Assembly (NCBI GenBank): GCA_035305585.1
Contig: DATGOV010000028.1
Location: forward strand, 19,524-83,523
Origin: Acidimicrobiia bacterium
GTDB taxonomy: Bacteria; Actinomycetota; Acidimicrobiia; Spongiisociales; ZC4RG35
Reading direction: 5' to 3'
DNA: 64,000 bases
In this document: piece by piece, positions 8,154-18,479 of the stretch
Layout: each line of letters starts with the position of its first letter
Position numbering within the stretch: the first letter of the stretch is position 1
Notes under the pieces: model-generated
What the model was told of the DNA's origin: nothing
Databases searched by the model: none
The model's input: only the letters and a program-made list of their open reading frames with translations
Program-made: the position numbers and the translations under genes

Positions 8154-10904
8154 TCAGGAGAAGAAGTGGTCCTCGAATATGCGCCGGGCCCGGCGGGTGA
8201 CTCGACGATATTCCTCACGGAGGTCGCCGCGTCGTTCGTAGCCCAGCGAGATCGCCAAACGCCGCTCTTCTGCCGGGTCGCGAGGAAGGGAGTCGATGGG
8301 GCGGCCCGCCTGTAGATAGAGACGGTTGCGGACCTGGGTGCAGAACTCGTAGGCCGCGATCAACGCCGCCGCCTCTTCTTCGCCGAGTACCTCGGCTTTC
8401 GCCAGGGCCGTGATCGCTCTGCGCGTCGAGGTCAGGCGCAGGGTCGGGTCGCGGCCGCCGTGGCGGAGTTGCATCAACTGGACGAGGAACTCGACGTCCA
8501 CGAGCCCGCCCGGTCCCAGCTTCAGGTGGAAGTCGCGGTCCTCGCCGAGAGGGATGCGCTCCTTTTCCACCCGGGCCTTCATCTGCCGGATGTCTGTGAT
8601 CCTCGACGCCGGAAAGGGGTCCTGCCACAGATGTGACGCCACGAGATCCATGAACCGAGCGCCGAGGTGGGGGTCGCCGGCCACGGGCCGGGCCTTGATC
8701 AGCGCCTGCAACTCCCACGTGTCCGCCCAGCGCTCGTAGTAGGCGGCATAGGAGTCGAGGGAGCGCACCAGCGGGCCGGATCTCCCCTCCGGGCGCAGGT
8801 CGGCGTCGAGGTCCCATGCGATCCCTTCGGTGGCCGGTGCCGCCAGCAACTCCCGCACCCGCGTCGCCCGCTGGAGGGCGGTGGCGGCGTCGAGAGGGTC
8901 GTCGAAGACGTAGAGGACGTCGAGGTCCGAAGCGTATGACAACTCCTGTCCGCCCCAGCGTCCCACCGCGATCACAGCAAACCCTCGGTCTCCATCGGCG
9001 AGCGACGTCGCCACGGAAACCGTCGTGTCGGCCGCCGCGGTCAGGTCCTCCATCGTTCGGCCCACGTCCGCCATCCCGAGCAGATCCCGGGCGGCGACAC
9101 GGACGATCTGGCGGCGGGCGAAGCGACGCAGGGTGCCGAGCTTCTCGTCGGGGTCGGTACGCGTTTCCAGGCGGCGACGGAGCCTGTGCTCGAGTTCGTC
9201 GCGCGGTCGCAGGTCAGTGATCGCGTCGTCGTCGTCGAGCTGGTTGACGAACTCGGGGATTCGATCCAGATAGCGACCGAGGACCCGGCTCGATCCGAGG
9301 AGATAGGCGAGACGCTGACCGACGACGGGCCGCTCCGTCAAGGTGGTGATCAGCTCGGTGTGGTCGGGGAGGCTGGCGGCCAAGAGGCGGACCTGGTCGA
9401 GGCCGAGGTCGGGGTCGGGCGAGTCGGCGAGCCAGTCGATGATCATCGGCAGCATCTGTTGCATCAGGCGGCTCCGCCGGGAGAGGCCTTGGGTCAGGAT
9501 GCGGAAGATGCGAACGGCCCGGTCCACGTCGCGGAAGCCCAGGGCCGCCAGGCGGCGAGCCGCACCCTCGCGGCTCAGGTGGGCGGTGGGGGTGGCGGCG
9601 AAAGCTTCGAGGAGCGGACGGTAGTACAGGTCCTCGTGGATGCGACGGACACGAGCACGATGGGCCACCAGGTCGGCTTCGAAGGCGTCGAGGGCAGTGC
9701 TCTCGGACGTGTCGCGATAGCCCATCGCCCGGGCGAGCCGCTCGCGCCCGCTCGGGTCGGCGGGCACGAGGTGGGTCGGATTCAGGTCCCACAGCTGGAT
9801 CCGGTGCTCAGCGTTGCGGAGCCAGCGGTAGGAATCGGCGAGCCGTTCGGCGTCGTCGGGGGAGACATACCGGCCCTCGCTCAGGGCGCCGATGAGCTCC
9901 AGCGTGCCAGTGCGCCGCAGGTCGGGGTCGAACCGGCCGTGGACCAACTGGAGCATCTGGACGGAGAACTCGATGTCGCGTATCCCCCCTTCCGCCCGTT
10001 TCAGATCGGAGGGGTCGGCCGACGCTTCGGTGCGCGCCTTCAGCGCCCGCAGCGAGCGGATGGCGTCGGCGTCGATCGTCTCCGGCCACAGCACTTCTCC
10101 CACCAGATCGACGAATCGCTCGCCCAGGCCCGGGTCGCCGGCGGCGAACCGTGTCTTGAGCAGCGCCTGGAACTCCCACGGCTCGGCCCAGCGCTCGTAG
10201 TACGACCGGTAGGCGTCGAGGGATCGAGCCAAGGGCCCCCGGCTTCCCTCCGGACGGAGGTCGGCGTCCGCCCGGATCAAGACTTCGCCCGTTCTCTCTC
10301 CGCCGAGGCGACGCATCACTCGAGCGGCGACCCGGTTGGCGACGGCCGCGTCGGCTCCCGAGCCTCCCTCGAAGACGAACAGCAGGTCGATGTCCGACCA
10401 GTAGTTGAGCTCTCTGCCTCCCCACTTGCCCATGGCCAGGACCGCGATCGGCGGGGAGTCGTCCTGGGCCTCCTCGTCCAGCACGACCGCGACGACCTCG
10501 TCGGCCATGTCGGCCAGCAGCCTGCCACCCTGGCCGACGTCGATGATCCCGGCGGCATCGTCGGCTGCCACCCGGGCCAGCGTGGAGCGGACCTTGCCCA
10601 ACAGATCTCCGTAGTGCCCGAACAGCCACCCCGGATTGCGGGTGAGGTCCCGAGTGAGGCGCCGGCTGATGCCGCACAGATGGGCCAGGCGACGGGCCGC
10701 CTCGGCGTCGGCGAGGACGTTCCATTCGGGCCCGGCGGCCTCCACGAAATCCAGGAGCCTGTCGATCGCCCCCTCCGGGTCGGGTCCCGACCAGACTGTC
10801 TCGAGCGGCTCGGCGGCCCGCGGGTCGTCGAGCCACCCGGCCGCCGCCAGGCGCTGGCGGGTCTCGCCGCTGAACGGGGGGAGGCTCCTCATGTGCGACC
10901 CCAA
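8154..10904 (-). CDS. glnE: bifunctional glutamine synthetase adenylyltransferase/adenylyl-removing enzyme
   Basis: 916 aa with two nucleotidyltransferase repeats and GlnE family signatures throughout. Confidence 0.9.
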   Translation of the reverse strand: MGSHMRSLPPFSGETRQRLAAAGWLDDPRAAEPLETVWSGPDPEGAIDRLLDFVEAAGPEWNVLADAEAARRLAHLCGISRRLTRDLTRNPGWLFGHYGDLLGKVRSTLARVAADDAAGIIDVGQGGRLLADMADEVVAVVLDEEAQDDSPPIAVLAMGKWGGRELNYWSDIDLLFVFEGGSGADAAVANRVAARVMRRLGGERTGEVLIRADADLRPEGSRGPLARSLDAYRSYYERWAEPWEFQALLKTRFAAGDPGLGERFVDLVGEVLWPETIDADAIRSLRALKARTEASADPSDLKRAEGGIRDIEFSVQMLQLVHGRFDPDLRRTGTLELIGALSEGRYVSPDDAERLADSYRWLRNAEHRIQLWDLNPTHLVPADPSGRERLARAMGYRDTSESTALDAFEADLVAHRARVRRIHEDLYYRPLLEAFAATPTAHLSREGAARRLAALGFRDVDRAVRIFRILTQGLSRRSRLMQQMLPMIIDWLADSPDPDLGLDQVRLLAASLPDHTELITTLTERPVVGQRLAYLLGSSRVLGRYLDRIPEFVNQLDDDDAITDLRPRDELEHRLRRRLETRTDPDEKLGTLRRFARRQIVRVAARDLLGMADVGRTMEDLTAAADTTVSVATSLADGDRGFAVIAVGRWGGQELSYASDLDVLYVFDDPLDAATALQRATRVRELLAAPATEGIAWDLDADLRPEGRSGPLVRSLDSYAAYYERWADTWELQALIKARPVAGDPHLGARFMDLVASHLWQDPFPASRITDIRQMKARVEKERIPLGEDRDFHLKLGPGGLVDVEFLVQLMQLRHGGRDPTLRLTSTRRAITALAKAEVLGEEEAAALIAAYEFCTQVRNRLYLQAGRPIDSLPRDPAEERRLAISLGYERRGDLREEYRRVTRRARRIFEDHFFS

Positions 10905-10963
10905 GTTATCGCTCCTGGCTGTCGGCAGCGGGAGCCGTTTCGGCCGCCTCTAACCTGAAGCCG

Positions 10964-12619
10964 ATGCCTTTGCGAGTGGCCGGTGCCCAGCTCAACCTCG
11001 TCGTCGGCGACATCGACGGCAACGAAAGTCGCATCGCCGAGGCGATGGATTGGGCAGAAGGGGAGGGTGCCGAGGTGCTCCTCCTCCCCGAGCTCGCCGT
11101 CGGCGGTTATCCGCCGGAGGACCTGGTGCTGCGCAACTCGTTCGTGGAGGCGGGCGTGGACGCCGTGCGCCGCCTGGCTCGCCGTTCAGGGGAGCTGACG
11201 ACGATCGTCGGGTTCGTGGATCATGCCTCCCCCGACCCGGACGACGCCGCCGACGCCTGGCAGCGCCGGGTGGCCAACGCCGCCGCCATCCTCCACGGGG
11301 GTCGACTGGTCGGCGTGTACCACAAGGTCCTGCTTCCCAACTACGGCGTGTTCGACGAGGACCGCTACTTCGTCCCCGGGCGGGATCCCGACCGGATCTG
11401 GGACGTCGCCGGGATCCCGGTCGGAGTGTCGATCTGTGAGGACATCTGGCTGCCCGACGGCCCGCCCCACCTCCAGGCGCGGGCGGGGGCGCGGATCCTC
11501 TTGAACATCAACGCCTCGCCCTTCCACTGTGGCAAGGCGGCCGAACGCGAGGAGATGCTGGCGGCTCGGGCCCGGGCGGCGGGAGTGCCGCTCGTCTACG
11601 TGAATCTGGTGGGCGGACAGGACGAGCTCGTCTTCGACGGAGCCAGTGTGGTCATCGCCGCCGACGGCACCGTGCTCCATCGGTCACCGCAGTTCGCAGA
11701 AGACCGTTTCGTCGTCGACGTGCCGTTGGCCGACGAGCCAGCCGAGCCCCGGGAGACGACCCCACTCCTCGAGCCGATTCCCGAGGTCTACGCCGCCCTC
11801 ACCACGGGTCTCGGGGACTACGTGCGGAAGAACGGCTTCGACTCCGTGGTGCTGGGCCTCTCCGGCGGACTCGACTCCGCCATCACCGCCACCATCGCCG
11901 CCGATGCCCTCGGGGCGGAGAACGTGTGGGGCGTGAGCATGCCCTCGCGTTACAGCTCCGACCACTCGATCGAGGACGCGCGCGCCCTCGCCGAGAACCT
12001 CGGCATCAGGTTCGATCTCGTCCCGATGGACGACGTCTTCGCCGCCTACCTGTCGACTCTCGCCGACGTGTTCGAGGGGAGAGAGCACGACGTCACCGAG
12101 GAGAACCTGCAGGCGCGGATCCGCGGAGCGATCCTCATGGCCCTGTCCAACAAGTTCGGGCATCTGGTCCTCGCCACCGGCAACAAGTCGGAGCTGGCCG
12201 TCGGTTACTCCACCCTGTACGGCGACATGGTGGGCGGCTTCGCAGTCATCAAGGACGTTTTCAAAACGATGGTCTACCGGCTGGCGGAGTGGCGCAACAC
12301 CCAGGGGAAGGCGATCCCCCAGCGCACTCTCGACAAGCCGCCTTCGGCCGAGCTCCGGCCCGACCAGACCGATCAGGACACCCTCCCGCCGTACGACCTG
12401 CTGGACGCCATCCTCGACCGGTACATCGAAGACGACTTGGGTGTCGACGAGATCGTCGCCGACGGATACGATCCCGCTGTCGTCGAGAGGGTCGTGCGCA
12501 TGGTCGACGCCAGTGAGTACAAGCGGCGCCAGGCCGCTCCCGGGGTCAAGATCACGGTCAAGGCATTCGGCAAGGACCGTCGACTTCCGATCACCAACCG
12601 GTTCCGGGAGAAGGCGTGA
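10964..12619 (+). CDS. nadE: glutamine-dependent NAD+ synthetase (nitrilase domain plus NAD synthetase domain)
   Basis: N-terminal CN-hydrolase domain and a C-terminal SGGLDS PP-loop. Confidence 0.9.
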   Translation: MPLRVAGAQLNLVVGDIDGNESRIAEAMDWAEGEGAEVLLLPELAVGGYPPEDLVLRNSFVEAGVDAVRRLARRSGELTTIVGFVDHASPDPDDAADAWQRRVANAAAILHGGRLVGVYHKVLLPNYGVFDEDRYFVPGRDPDRIWDVAGIPVGVSICEDIWLPDGPPHLQARAGARILLNINASPFHCGKAAEREEMLAARARAAGVPLVYVNLVGGQDELVFDGASVVIAADGTVLHRSPQFAEDRFVVDVPLADEPAEPRETTPLLEPIPEVYAALTTGLGDYVRKNGFDSVVLGLSGGLDSAITATIAADALGAENVWGVSMPSRYSSDHSIEDARALAENLGIRFDLVPMDDVFAAYLSTLADVFEGREHDVTEENLQARIRGAILMALSNKFGHLVLATGNKSELAVGYSTLYGDMVGGFAVIKDVFKTMVYRLAEWRNTQGKAIPQRTLDKPPSAELRPDQTDQDTLPPYDLLDAILDRYIEDDLGVDEIVADGYDPAVVERVVRMVDASEYKRRQAAPGVKITVKAFGKDRRLPITNRFREKA

Positions 12620-13413
12620 GCCTCCCCATCGTGCTCGTCGATGGGGAGCGGGCTTCGAGCGTTCCGGCCACCGACTCCTCGGTCCTCCGCGGCGACGGAT
12701 GTTTCGAGGCGATTCGCTCCTACGACGGTCGGCTGTTTCGAGCCGACGACCATCTCGATCGGCTCGAGAGGAGCGCCGCCGCCATGGGTCTGGCGATGCC
12801 AGACCGGGCATTGGTCTCGGCATGGATGAAGGAAGTCGCCCAGGAAGGGGGAGAGTGCGTCGTCCGAGTCGTGGTGACCAGAGGTCCGGCAGTCCCCGGC
12901 GTCGAGGGGCGCGGCGTGTGCATCGTCATCGCCCACCAGCTCCCTCCGCGCCGTTCTGAGCTGACCCTATGGCCGGTGGTGGCGCCGTGGCACTCCGCAG
13001 GCACGTGGTGGGGGCTCACCGGCGCCAAGACGATCTCCTACGCGCCCAACCTCGCCGCAAGTCGGGAAGCCCAGCACCAGGGGGCCGACGACGCCCTGCT
13101 CGTCTCGGTGGGGGGCGTGGTCCTCGAGGGGCCCACGTTCTCGATCGCCTGGTGCGTGGACGGGGATGTATTCACCCCCGGGCTGGACCTCGGCATCCTC
13201 GACTCGATCACCCGAAGAGTCGTCTTGGAGATCCGACCCGGCATCACCGAGGTCGCCGAGACGCTCGACGCCCTGCTCGAAGCCGATGAGGTGTTCGCCA
13301 TGTCGACGACACAGGAGGTGACCCCCGTCGTCGCCGTGGGGGAGCGCCGATTCCGTCCCGGACCGATCACCGCCGAGATCGCTCAGCGGTTCACGGAGCT
13401 CGTTGGGCAGTAG
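12616..13413 (+). CDS. class IV aminotransferase family protein (aminodeoxychorismate lyase/BCAT-like)
   Basis: Fold-type IV PLP enzyme pattern. GTGA overlap with nadE. The 3' end overlaps the convergent M23 peptidase gene by about 31 nt. Confidence 0.7.
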   Translation: MSLPIVLVDGERASSVPATDSSVLRGDGCFEAIRSYDGRLFRADDHLDRLERSAAAMGLAMPDRALVSAWMKEVAQEGGECVVRVVVTRGPAVPGVEGRGVCIVIAHQLPPRRSELTLWPVVAPWHSAGTWWGLTGAKTISYAPNLAASREAQHQGADDALLVSVGGVVLEGPTFSIAWCVDGDVFTPGLDLGILDSITRRVVLEIRPGITEVAETLDALLEADEVFAMSTTQEVTPVVAVGERRFRPGPITAEIAQRFTELVGQ

Positions 13414-14795
13414 TCGATCCCGGACCAGCCGAGATACAGCAGGAACGTGTCGGCTGCCTCCGCTCCGGTGAGGTAGCGGCTGTCGTCGGGCATCGCGAGG
13501 CAGCGACGCAGGCCACCGAGCGCACGATGCGCTTCCTCGACATCGAGCTCGTCCGGTGCCGCCGGTGGCTGGGCGGCTGGCTTCGCCCAAGCCGAGTCGG
13601 GAACACCTTCCTCCAACCAGCCCGCCGACGCCTCGTATGCCTGGCGGAGACGGTGCCAGGCGAGACGGCGGGCGATGTCGGCCTCGGTCACCGCAGGGCA
13701 CTCCCCGTCGCATTCCGTCTCCCAATCGGAGCCGAACGCCGTCATCCAGCGATCCAATCGATCGACGCGCAGTGGATCGTCTGGGCATACATGGGCCGGG
13801 TCGTCACACCAGACGGCGACGCCCCGGGAGAGGAGCACGGCCAGCGCCGGCGCCTCGTCGCCGTCGATGGCCAGGTCGGCGAACGGGCCGCTGAACGACC
13901 CTCCCAGACGCTCCGCCGCTTCGAGGCTGGGCTTCGGATCCACCGAGTCTCCGGAGGGGTCTCGGAGCTCGAAGTGGAGATGATGGGGGGTGTTCTCGGC
14001 GTTTCCCGAGTCTCCCACCCAGCCGATGACCTCTCCGGCCGCCACCCTGTCGCCTTCCCGGAGGTCGGGGCGAACACCGAAGCCGTTGCGGTCGTCGGTC
14101 CCGGCGGTGTCGTTGTTGAGGTGGATGTAGAGGGTCGACCAGCCGTCGTCGTGGCGGATGTGCACACGGTAGCCGGAAATACCGGTGTCCCCGGCGATGT
14201 GGCTCACGACACCGTCGGCTGCGGCCACCACCGGTTGCAGGTGAGGAGCGAACAGGTCGTTCCCCAGGTGACGGCGCGCTCCGCCGTCCCGGGGCGCTCC
14301 GAACGGCGAGCCGATGTCTCCGGCGCCGAGGATCGGGAAGACGAGCGGATAGACGAAGGGCGTGTCGCACGGCGGCTCGGTGGTGGTCGTCGTCGGCTCG
14401 GTGGTGGTCGTCGTGGTCTCTGGTCTCGTGGTGGTGGTGGTCGTCGTCGTTGTCGTTGTCGTGGTGTCGGCGGCCGTCGTAGTGGTGGTGTCCGCCGTGG
14501 TGCTGGGGGTGGTGTCGTCCGTCTCGGCAGGTGCAGTGGTCGACGGCGGCTGCGTGGTGGTCGGAGTAGGCGCGGTCGTCGTAGTGGTCGCGGGGACCGT
14601 GGTGGAAGTCGGGGCAGTGGTGGTCGTGGTGGTCGCGGGTGCCGTCGTTGTCGTGGTCTCGGGGAAGAGATCCTCGATCTTCGTCGGCGGGCACATCACC
14701 GAGGCGGCGGTCTCCGTGGGTGCGACGGTCCACACGGCGACAGTCGCGATGAGCATCACCATTACGACACCGAGTGGGTTTACCCTGCTCCCCAT
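13383..14795 (-). CDS. secreted M23-family metallopeptidase with long poly-Thr/Pro linker
   Basis: Signal peptide, then a ~100 aa Thr-rich low-complexity region, then M23 motifs (HLGNDLFAP ... HHLHFEL) and a C-terminal domain. Confidence 0.8.
   Translation of the reverse strand: MGSRVNPLGVVMVMLIATVAVWTVAPTETAASVMCPPTKIEDLFPETTTTTAPATTTTTTAPTSTTVPATTTTTAPTPTTTQPPSTTAPAETDDTTPSTTADTTTTTAADTTTTTTTTTTTTTRPETTTTTTEPTTTTTEPPCDTPFVYPLVFPILGAGDIGSPFGAPRDGGARRHLGNDLFAPHLQPVVAAADGVVSHIAGDTGISGYRVHIRHDDGWSTLYIHLNNDTAGTDDRNGFGVRPDLREGDRVAAGEVIGWVGDSGNAENTPHHLHFELRDPSGDSVDPKPSLEAAERLGGSFSGPFADLAIDGDEAPALAVLLSRGVAVWCDDPAHVCPDDPLRVDRLDRWMTAFGSDWETECDGECPAVTEADIARRLAWHRLRQAYEASAGWLEEGVPDSAWAKPAAQPPAAPDELDVEEAHRALGGLRRCLAMPDDSRYLTGAEAADTFLLYLGWSGIDYCPTSSVNR
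14380..14660. repeat. low-complexity ACC/ACG (Thr) codon tract within the M23 peptidase gene
   Basis: Runs of ggtggtggtcgtcgt on the plus strand, which are Thr codons on the minus strand. Confidence 0.5.
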
Positions 14796-14901
14796 GACCG
14801 CCGGTCAGGCTAACTGACATGGGCCGTCTATGCGCATGCCTCGTCTGTCTGGGGGAACTCAGCAGGCCGCCGTGTCGTTGAGCGAGCTAGGAGGAGACGA
14901 C

Positions 14902-15420
14902 ATGAAACACTTCAGCCGCCTCGCCGTTGCCATCCTGATGGCCCTCTCGATCGCGGCTTGCAATGGCGAAGAAGCACAGATCACCACGACGACTCTCGAC
15001 GCCGCCCTCCTGACGACGACCACGACATCCGCCTCCGACGCCGCCCAATCGAGCGACACGACGGGAGCTGAGGACGTCACGACCACCACCGCCCAGCAGG
15101 TGCAGAGCTGGGAGATCATCACCCGCACGTCGTCGGACGAGGGAGAGACGCTCTACATCCTCGTGACGCCCGGCGAGTACTCGGACGTGAGCATCGAGAA
15201 CTTCCTCGGAGACCTGCTCGAGGAGGAGACGGCTGTCTCGGGTGTGGAGATCTTCGACGACCGCGCCGCCCTCGATGCGGCGCTCAAGGCGGAGGATGAG
15301 CGGACCGACGAGGAGAACCAGCTCATCGAAGAGCACCATCTGGCCAGCCTGGTCGACGGTCGTCAGGTCGAGTTCCAAGGCCCCCTGTCGGACTATCCGG
15401 GGTTCGTGATCGGCTCCTGA
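14902..15420 (+). CDS. putative lipoprotein (Thr-rich N-terminal linker, acidic C-domain)
   Basis: MKHFSRLAVAILMALSIAAC lipobox. Strong RBS ggaggag lies 6 nt upstream of the ATG at 14902. Confidence 0.6.
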   Translation: MKHFSRLAVAILMALSIAACNGEEAQITTTTLDAALLTTTTTSASDAAQSSDTTGAEDVTTTTAQQVQSWEIITRTSSDEGETLYILVTPGEYSDVSIENFLGDLLEEETAVSGVEIFDDRAALDAALKAEDERTDEENQLIEEHHLASLVDGRQVEFQGPLSDYPGFVIGS

Positions 15421-15421
15421 C

Positions 15422-16828
15422 TCACAGGAGCAGGGTCGCCACCAGCAGGAAACCGCCGAAGCCGATCACGTCGGTCGCGAACGTCAAGAAGATCGACGAC
15501 GCCAGCGCAGGGTCGAGTCCGAACCGGCGCAGGATCAGCGGGATGGCCGCCCCGAGGGTCGTAGCGATCGACAGGTTGGCGAACACGGCCAGACCCACGA
15601 CACCGGACACTCGGAGGTGCTCCACGGTGTTCGACTCCAGCACACCGAGGTTCAGGAGGACCAAGGTGAGGAGGGCGGTGGCCGCCGACACCGCCAAGCC
15701 TACGAGCAAGCCGATACGCAACTGGCGTCCGAGGACTCCTGCGATCCGGGACCCGGGCACGTCGTCGGATGAGAGGGAGCGGATCACGACGGCCAGGCTC
15801 TGGGTGCCGCCGTTTCCACCCAGCATCGCCGCGATGGGCATGAGGGCGGCGAGGACCGGGACCTCGGAGATGATCCCGGTCTGCTGCTCGATGACGAGAG
15901 CGACCGTCAGGCCCAGGGTCAGGTTGATGAGCAGCCACGGGAAGCGGCTGCGGGCAGCTTGCACCACGTCCGTGTAGACGGTCTCCTCGGCGCCGGCACC
16001 CACCGACGTGGCGAAGTCCTCCGACGCCTCCTCCTGGACGGCCTCGATCACGGCGTCGGAGGTCACCATCCCCAGCAGCCGACCGTTGTCGTCGGTCACC
16101 GGCACTCCCAACAGGTGATACCGCTGGGCGAGCTCGGCGACCTGGCGACGGTCCGTGAACGCGGTCACCGACACCGGGTCCGCCACCATGGCCTCGTCGA
16201 GGCCGGAACCGGGTCGCTCGAACACCAGGTCGCGGAAGGAGATCACGCCCTTGAGGCGATCCTCGTCATCGACCACGTAGACGTAGGAGAGGTGATCGAG
16301 CTCGTCGCTCAGCACGCGGATGCGCTCTATCGCCTCGCCCACGGTGAGCCCGAGGGGGAGGGCCGCGATCTCCGTGGTCATCAGGCCACCGGCGGAGTCG
16401 GGCGGGTAGATGAGCAGCCGACGCACCGCCTCGGCCTCGGGCGGCGACATGGCTTCCAGCACGACCTCGGCGGCGTCCTCCGGCAGCTCACCGATGAGGT
16501 CGGCGGCGTCCTCGGGGTCCATGGCGTCGAGGGCGGCGGCGGCTGTCTCCACCGGCAGCTCCTCGAGGATCTCCGCCGCCAGCTCCGGAGAGATCTCTTC
16601 CAGGACCCCGGCGGCGTCGTCGGGCTCCAGGTCGGAGAGGAGCTCGATGGCTGCTTCCTCGGAGAGCTCTTCCAGCACGTCGGCGGCATCGCCGGGTACC
16701 GAGGCGACCAGCGCCTCCCATTCCGCAGGCCGGGCGTCGAGGTACTCCTCGACCTCGTCGCGGTCGCGCCGAGCCGCCCGGAGCAGGTTCCGGGCGAGTT
16801 GACGCGGGCTACGGAGCCGGAGCTTCAT
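15422..16828 (-). CDS. mgtE: magnesium transporter MgtE
   Basis: N-domain, tandem CBS domains and a C-terminal TM MgtE domain. Confidence 0.9.
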   Translation of the reverse strand: MKLRLRSPRQLARNLLRAARRDRDEVEEYLDARPAEWEALVASVPGDAADVLEELSEEAAIELLSDLEPDDAAGVLEEISPELAAEILEELPVETAAAALDAMDPEDAADLIGELPEDAAEVVLEAMSPPEAEAVRRLLIYPPDSAGGLMTTEIAALPLGLTVGEAIERIRVLSDELDHLSYVYVVDDEDRLKGVISFRDLVFERPGSGLDEAMVADPVSVTAFTDRRQVAELAQRYHLLGVPVTDDNGRLLGMVTSDAVIEAVQEEASEDFATSVGAGAEETVYTDVVQAARSRFPWLLINLTLGLTVALVIEQQTGIISEVPVLAALMPIAAMLGGNGGTQSLAVVIRSLSSDDVPGSRIAGVLGRQLRIGLLVGLAVSAATALLTLVLLNLGVLESNTVEHLRVSGVVGLAVFANLSIATTLGAAIPLILRRFGLDPALASSIFLTFATDVIGFGGFLLVATLLL

Positions 16829-16888
16829 GGCGAGACCAGCATACGGGCGGCAGCAGGCCGCACCTCGCCACGTGCGGGGTCGAGTCGG

Positions 16889-17368
16889 CTACCTATCCCG
16901 GTAGGGCTCGATGGCGGTGATCTCGACGGTGAACGTGCCTCCGGGCGCCTTGTACGTGACCCGATCACCGACTTTGGAGCCCAACAGGGCGCTTCCCAGC
17001 GGGCCATCGGGCGACGCCAATGCCATGCCGGGCACCTTGTTCTCGGGAGTGGCGACGAAGTATCGGATCTCGTCTCCGTCGTCGTCGACGACGGTGACCA
17101 CGCTGCCGATCTGGACGGTGCCGTCGTGGGCCGCCTCCTTGACCTCGGCGCGGTTGAGCAGTTCTTCCAGCTGGCGGATGCGCGCCTCCATCATGCCCTG
17201 GTCGTTCTTGGCCGCGTCGTAGTCGGCGTTCTCGCGCAGGTCGCCGTGGGAGCGCGCCTCGGCGATCCGGGCTTCGATCTCGGCTCGTCCTTCCGTCTTG
17301 AGGTGCTCGAGCTCCTTCGTGAGCTTCTCGTACGCCTCAGGAGTCAGCCAGGTGGTCTCTTCGGTCAT
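16889..17368 (-). CDS. greA: transcription elongation factor GreA
   Basis: 159 aa with full-length GreA pattern. Confidence 0.9.
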   Translation of the reverse strand: MTEETTWLTPEAYEKLTKELEHLKTEGRAEIEARIAEARSHGDLRENADYDAAKNDQGMMEARIRQLEELLNRAEVKEAAHDGTVQIGSVVTVVDDDGDEIRYFVATPENKVPGMALASPDGPLGSALLGSKVGDRVTYKAPGGTFTVEITAIEPYRDR

Positions 17369-17433
17369 GGATGGCGAGACGATAGGACACGGCTGTGCCC
17401 TACTGCTACTCGGCGGGCGATATCGTGGACCCG

Positions 17434-18453
17434 GTGGAACCGGTGCGACTCACGTCGTTCAGCCACGGGGCCGGCTGTGCATGCAAGATCGGCTCGGTCG
17501 AGCTCTCCCAGGTGCTGACTTCCCTGAAGAGCCATCCGGCGACGTCCCACCCCGATCTCGTCGTCGGGTTGGGCACCTCCGACGACGCCGGGGTCTTCGC
17601 CCTCCCGAACGACCCCGACCGCGCCATCGTCCAGACCGTCGACTACTTCACGCCGATCATCGACGACCCCTACGACTGGGGCCGCATCGCCGCCGCCAAC
17701 GCCCTCTCCGACGTCTACGCCATGGGTGGACGGCCGCTGACGGCCCTCCAGATCCTCGGATGGCCCCGCAACGATCTGCCGCTCGAAGTGGCCAGCCGGG
17801 TGGTGGACGGCGGAGCCGACGTGATGGCCGCCGCCGGATGCGTGGTCGTGGGCGGCCACACCATCGACGTGGCCGAGCCCATCTACGGCTTCGCCGTGAC
17901 CGGGCTGGTGGAGACCGCGAATGCCGTCACCAACGCCGGTGCCGAAGTCGACGACGTGGTGGTCCTCACCAAGCCATTGGGGACCGGCATCATCGCCACC
18001 GCTCACAAGGCAGGGGAATGCCCTCCCGAGATCCTCGCCGGCGCAGTGCGGTCCATGACGACGCTCAACGACGTCGCCGGCGCGGCGCTCGGGTCGGCTC
18101 ACGCCGCCACCGATGTCACCGGCTTCGGATTCCTGGGACACCTCCTCGAGATGCTCGACGCCTCGAAAGTGGGGGCGAAGATCGATGTCGCGTCGGTGCC
18201 GCTCCTCGCCGGCGTCACCGACCTCCACGACCAGGGTTTCTATCCCGGGGGCAGCCGTCGGAATCTGGCGGCCGTGCGAGACCGGGTCGAGGGTCCGGAC
18301 GAGGCGATGCTGCTCCTCGCCGACGCCCAGACCTCCGGTGGGTTGCTGGTGGCACTGCTCCGGGAAGACGTGGCTGAGTATCTGGATCGGGTTCCGGGCG
18401 CGGTGGAAGTCGGTGTCGTGACCGACCGCCCGGGTGTGGTCGAGCTCGCCTGA
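17434..18453 (+). CDS. selD: selenide, water dikinase (selenophosphate synthetase), Cys-type
   Basis: SHGAGCACKIG active-site motif with Cys at the Sec/Cys position. AIR-synthase-like fold. Start chosen at GTG 17434 to match E. coli N-terminal spacing; the track ORF begins at 17395. Confidence 0.85.
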   Translation: MEPVRLTSFSHGAGCACKIGSVELSQVLTSLKSHPATSHPDLVVGLGTSDDAGVFALPNDPDRAIVQTVDYFTPIIDDPYDWGRIAAANALSDVYAMGGRPLTALQILGWPRNDLPLEVASRVVDGGADVMAAAGCVVVGGHTIDVAEPIYGFAVTGLVETANAVTNAGAEVDDVVVLTKPLGTGIIATAHKAGECPPEILAGAVRSMTTLNDVAGAALGSAHAATDVTGFGFLGHLLEMLDASKVGAKIDVASVPLLAGVTDLHDQGFYPGGSRRNLAAVRDRVEGPDEAMLLLADAQTSGGLLVALLREDVAEYLDRVPGAVEVGVVTDRPGVVELA

Positions 18454-18479
18454 GTGGATCCGCCTGGGGCGTCGCTACC

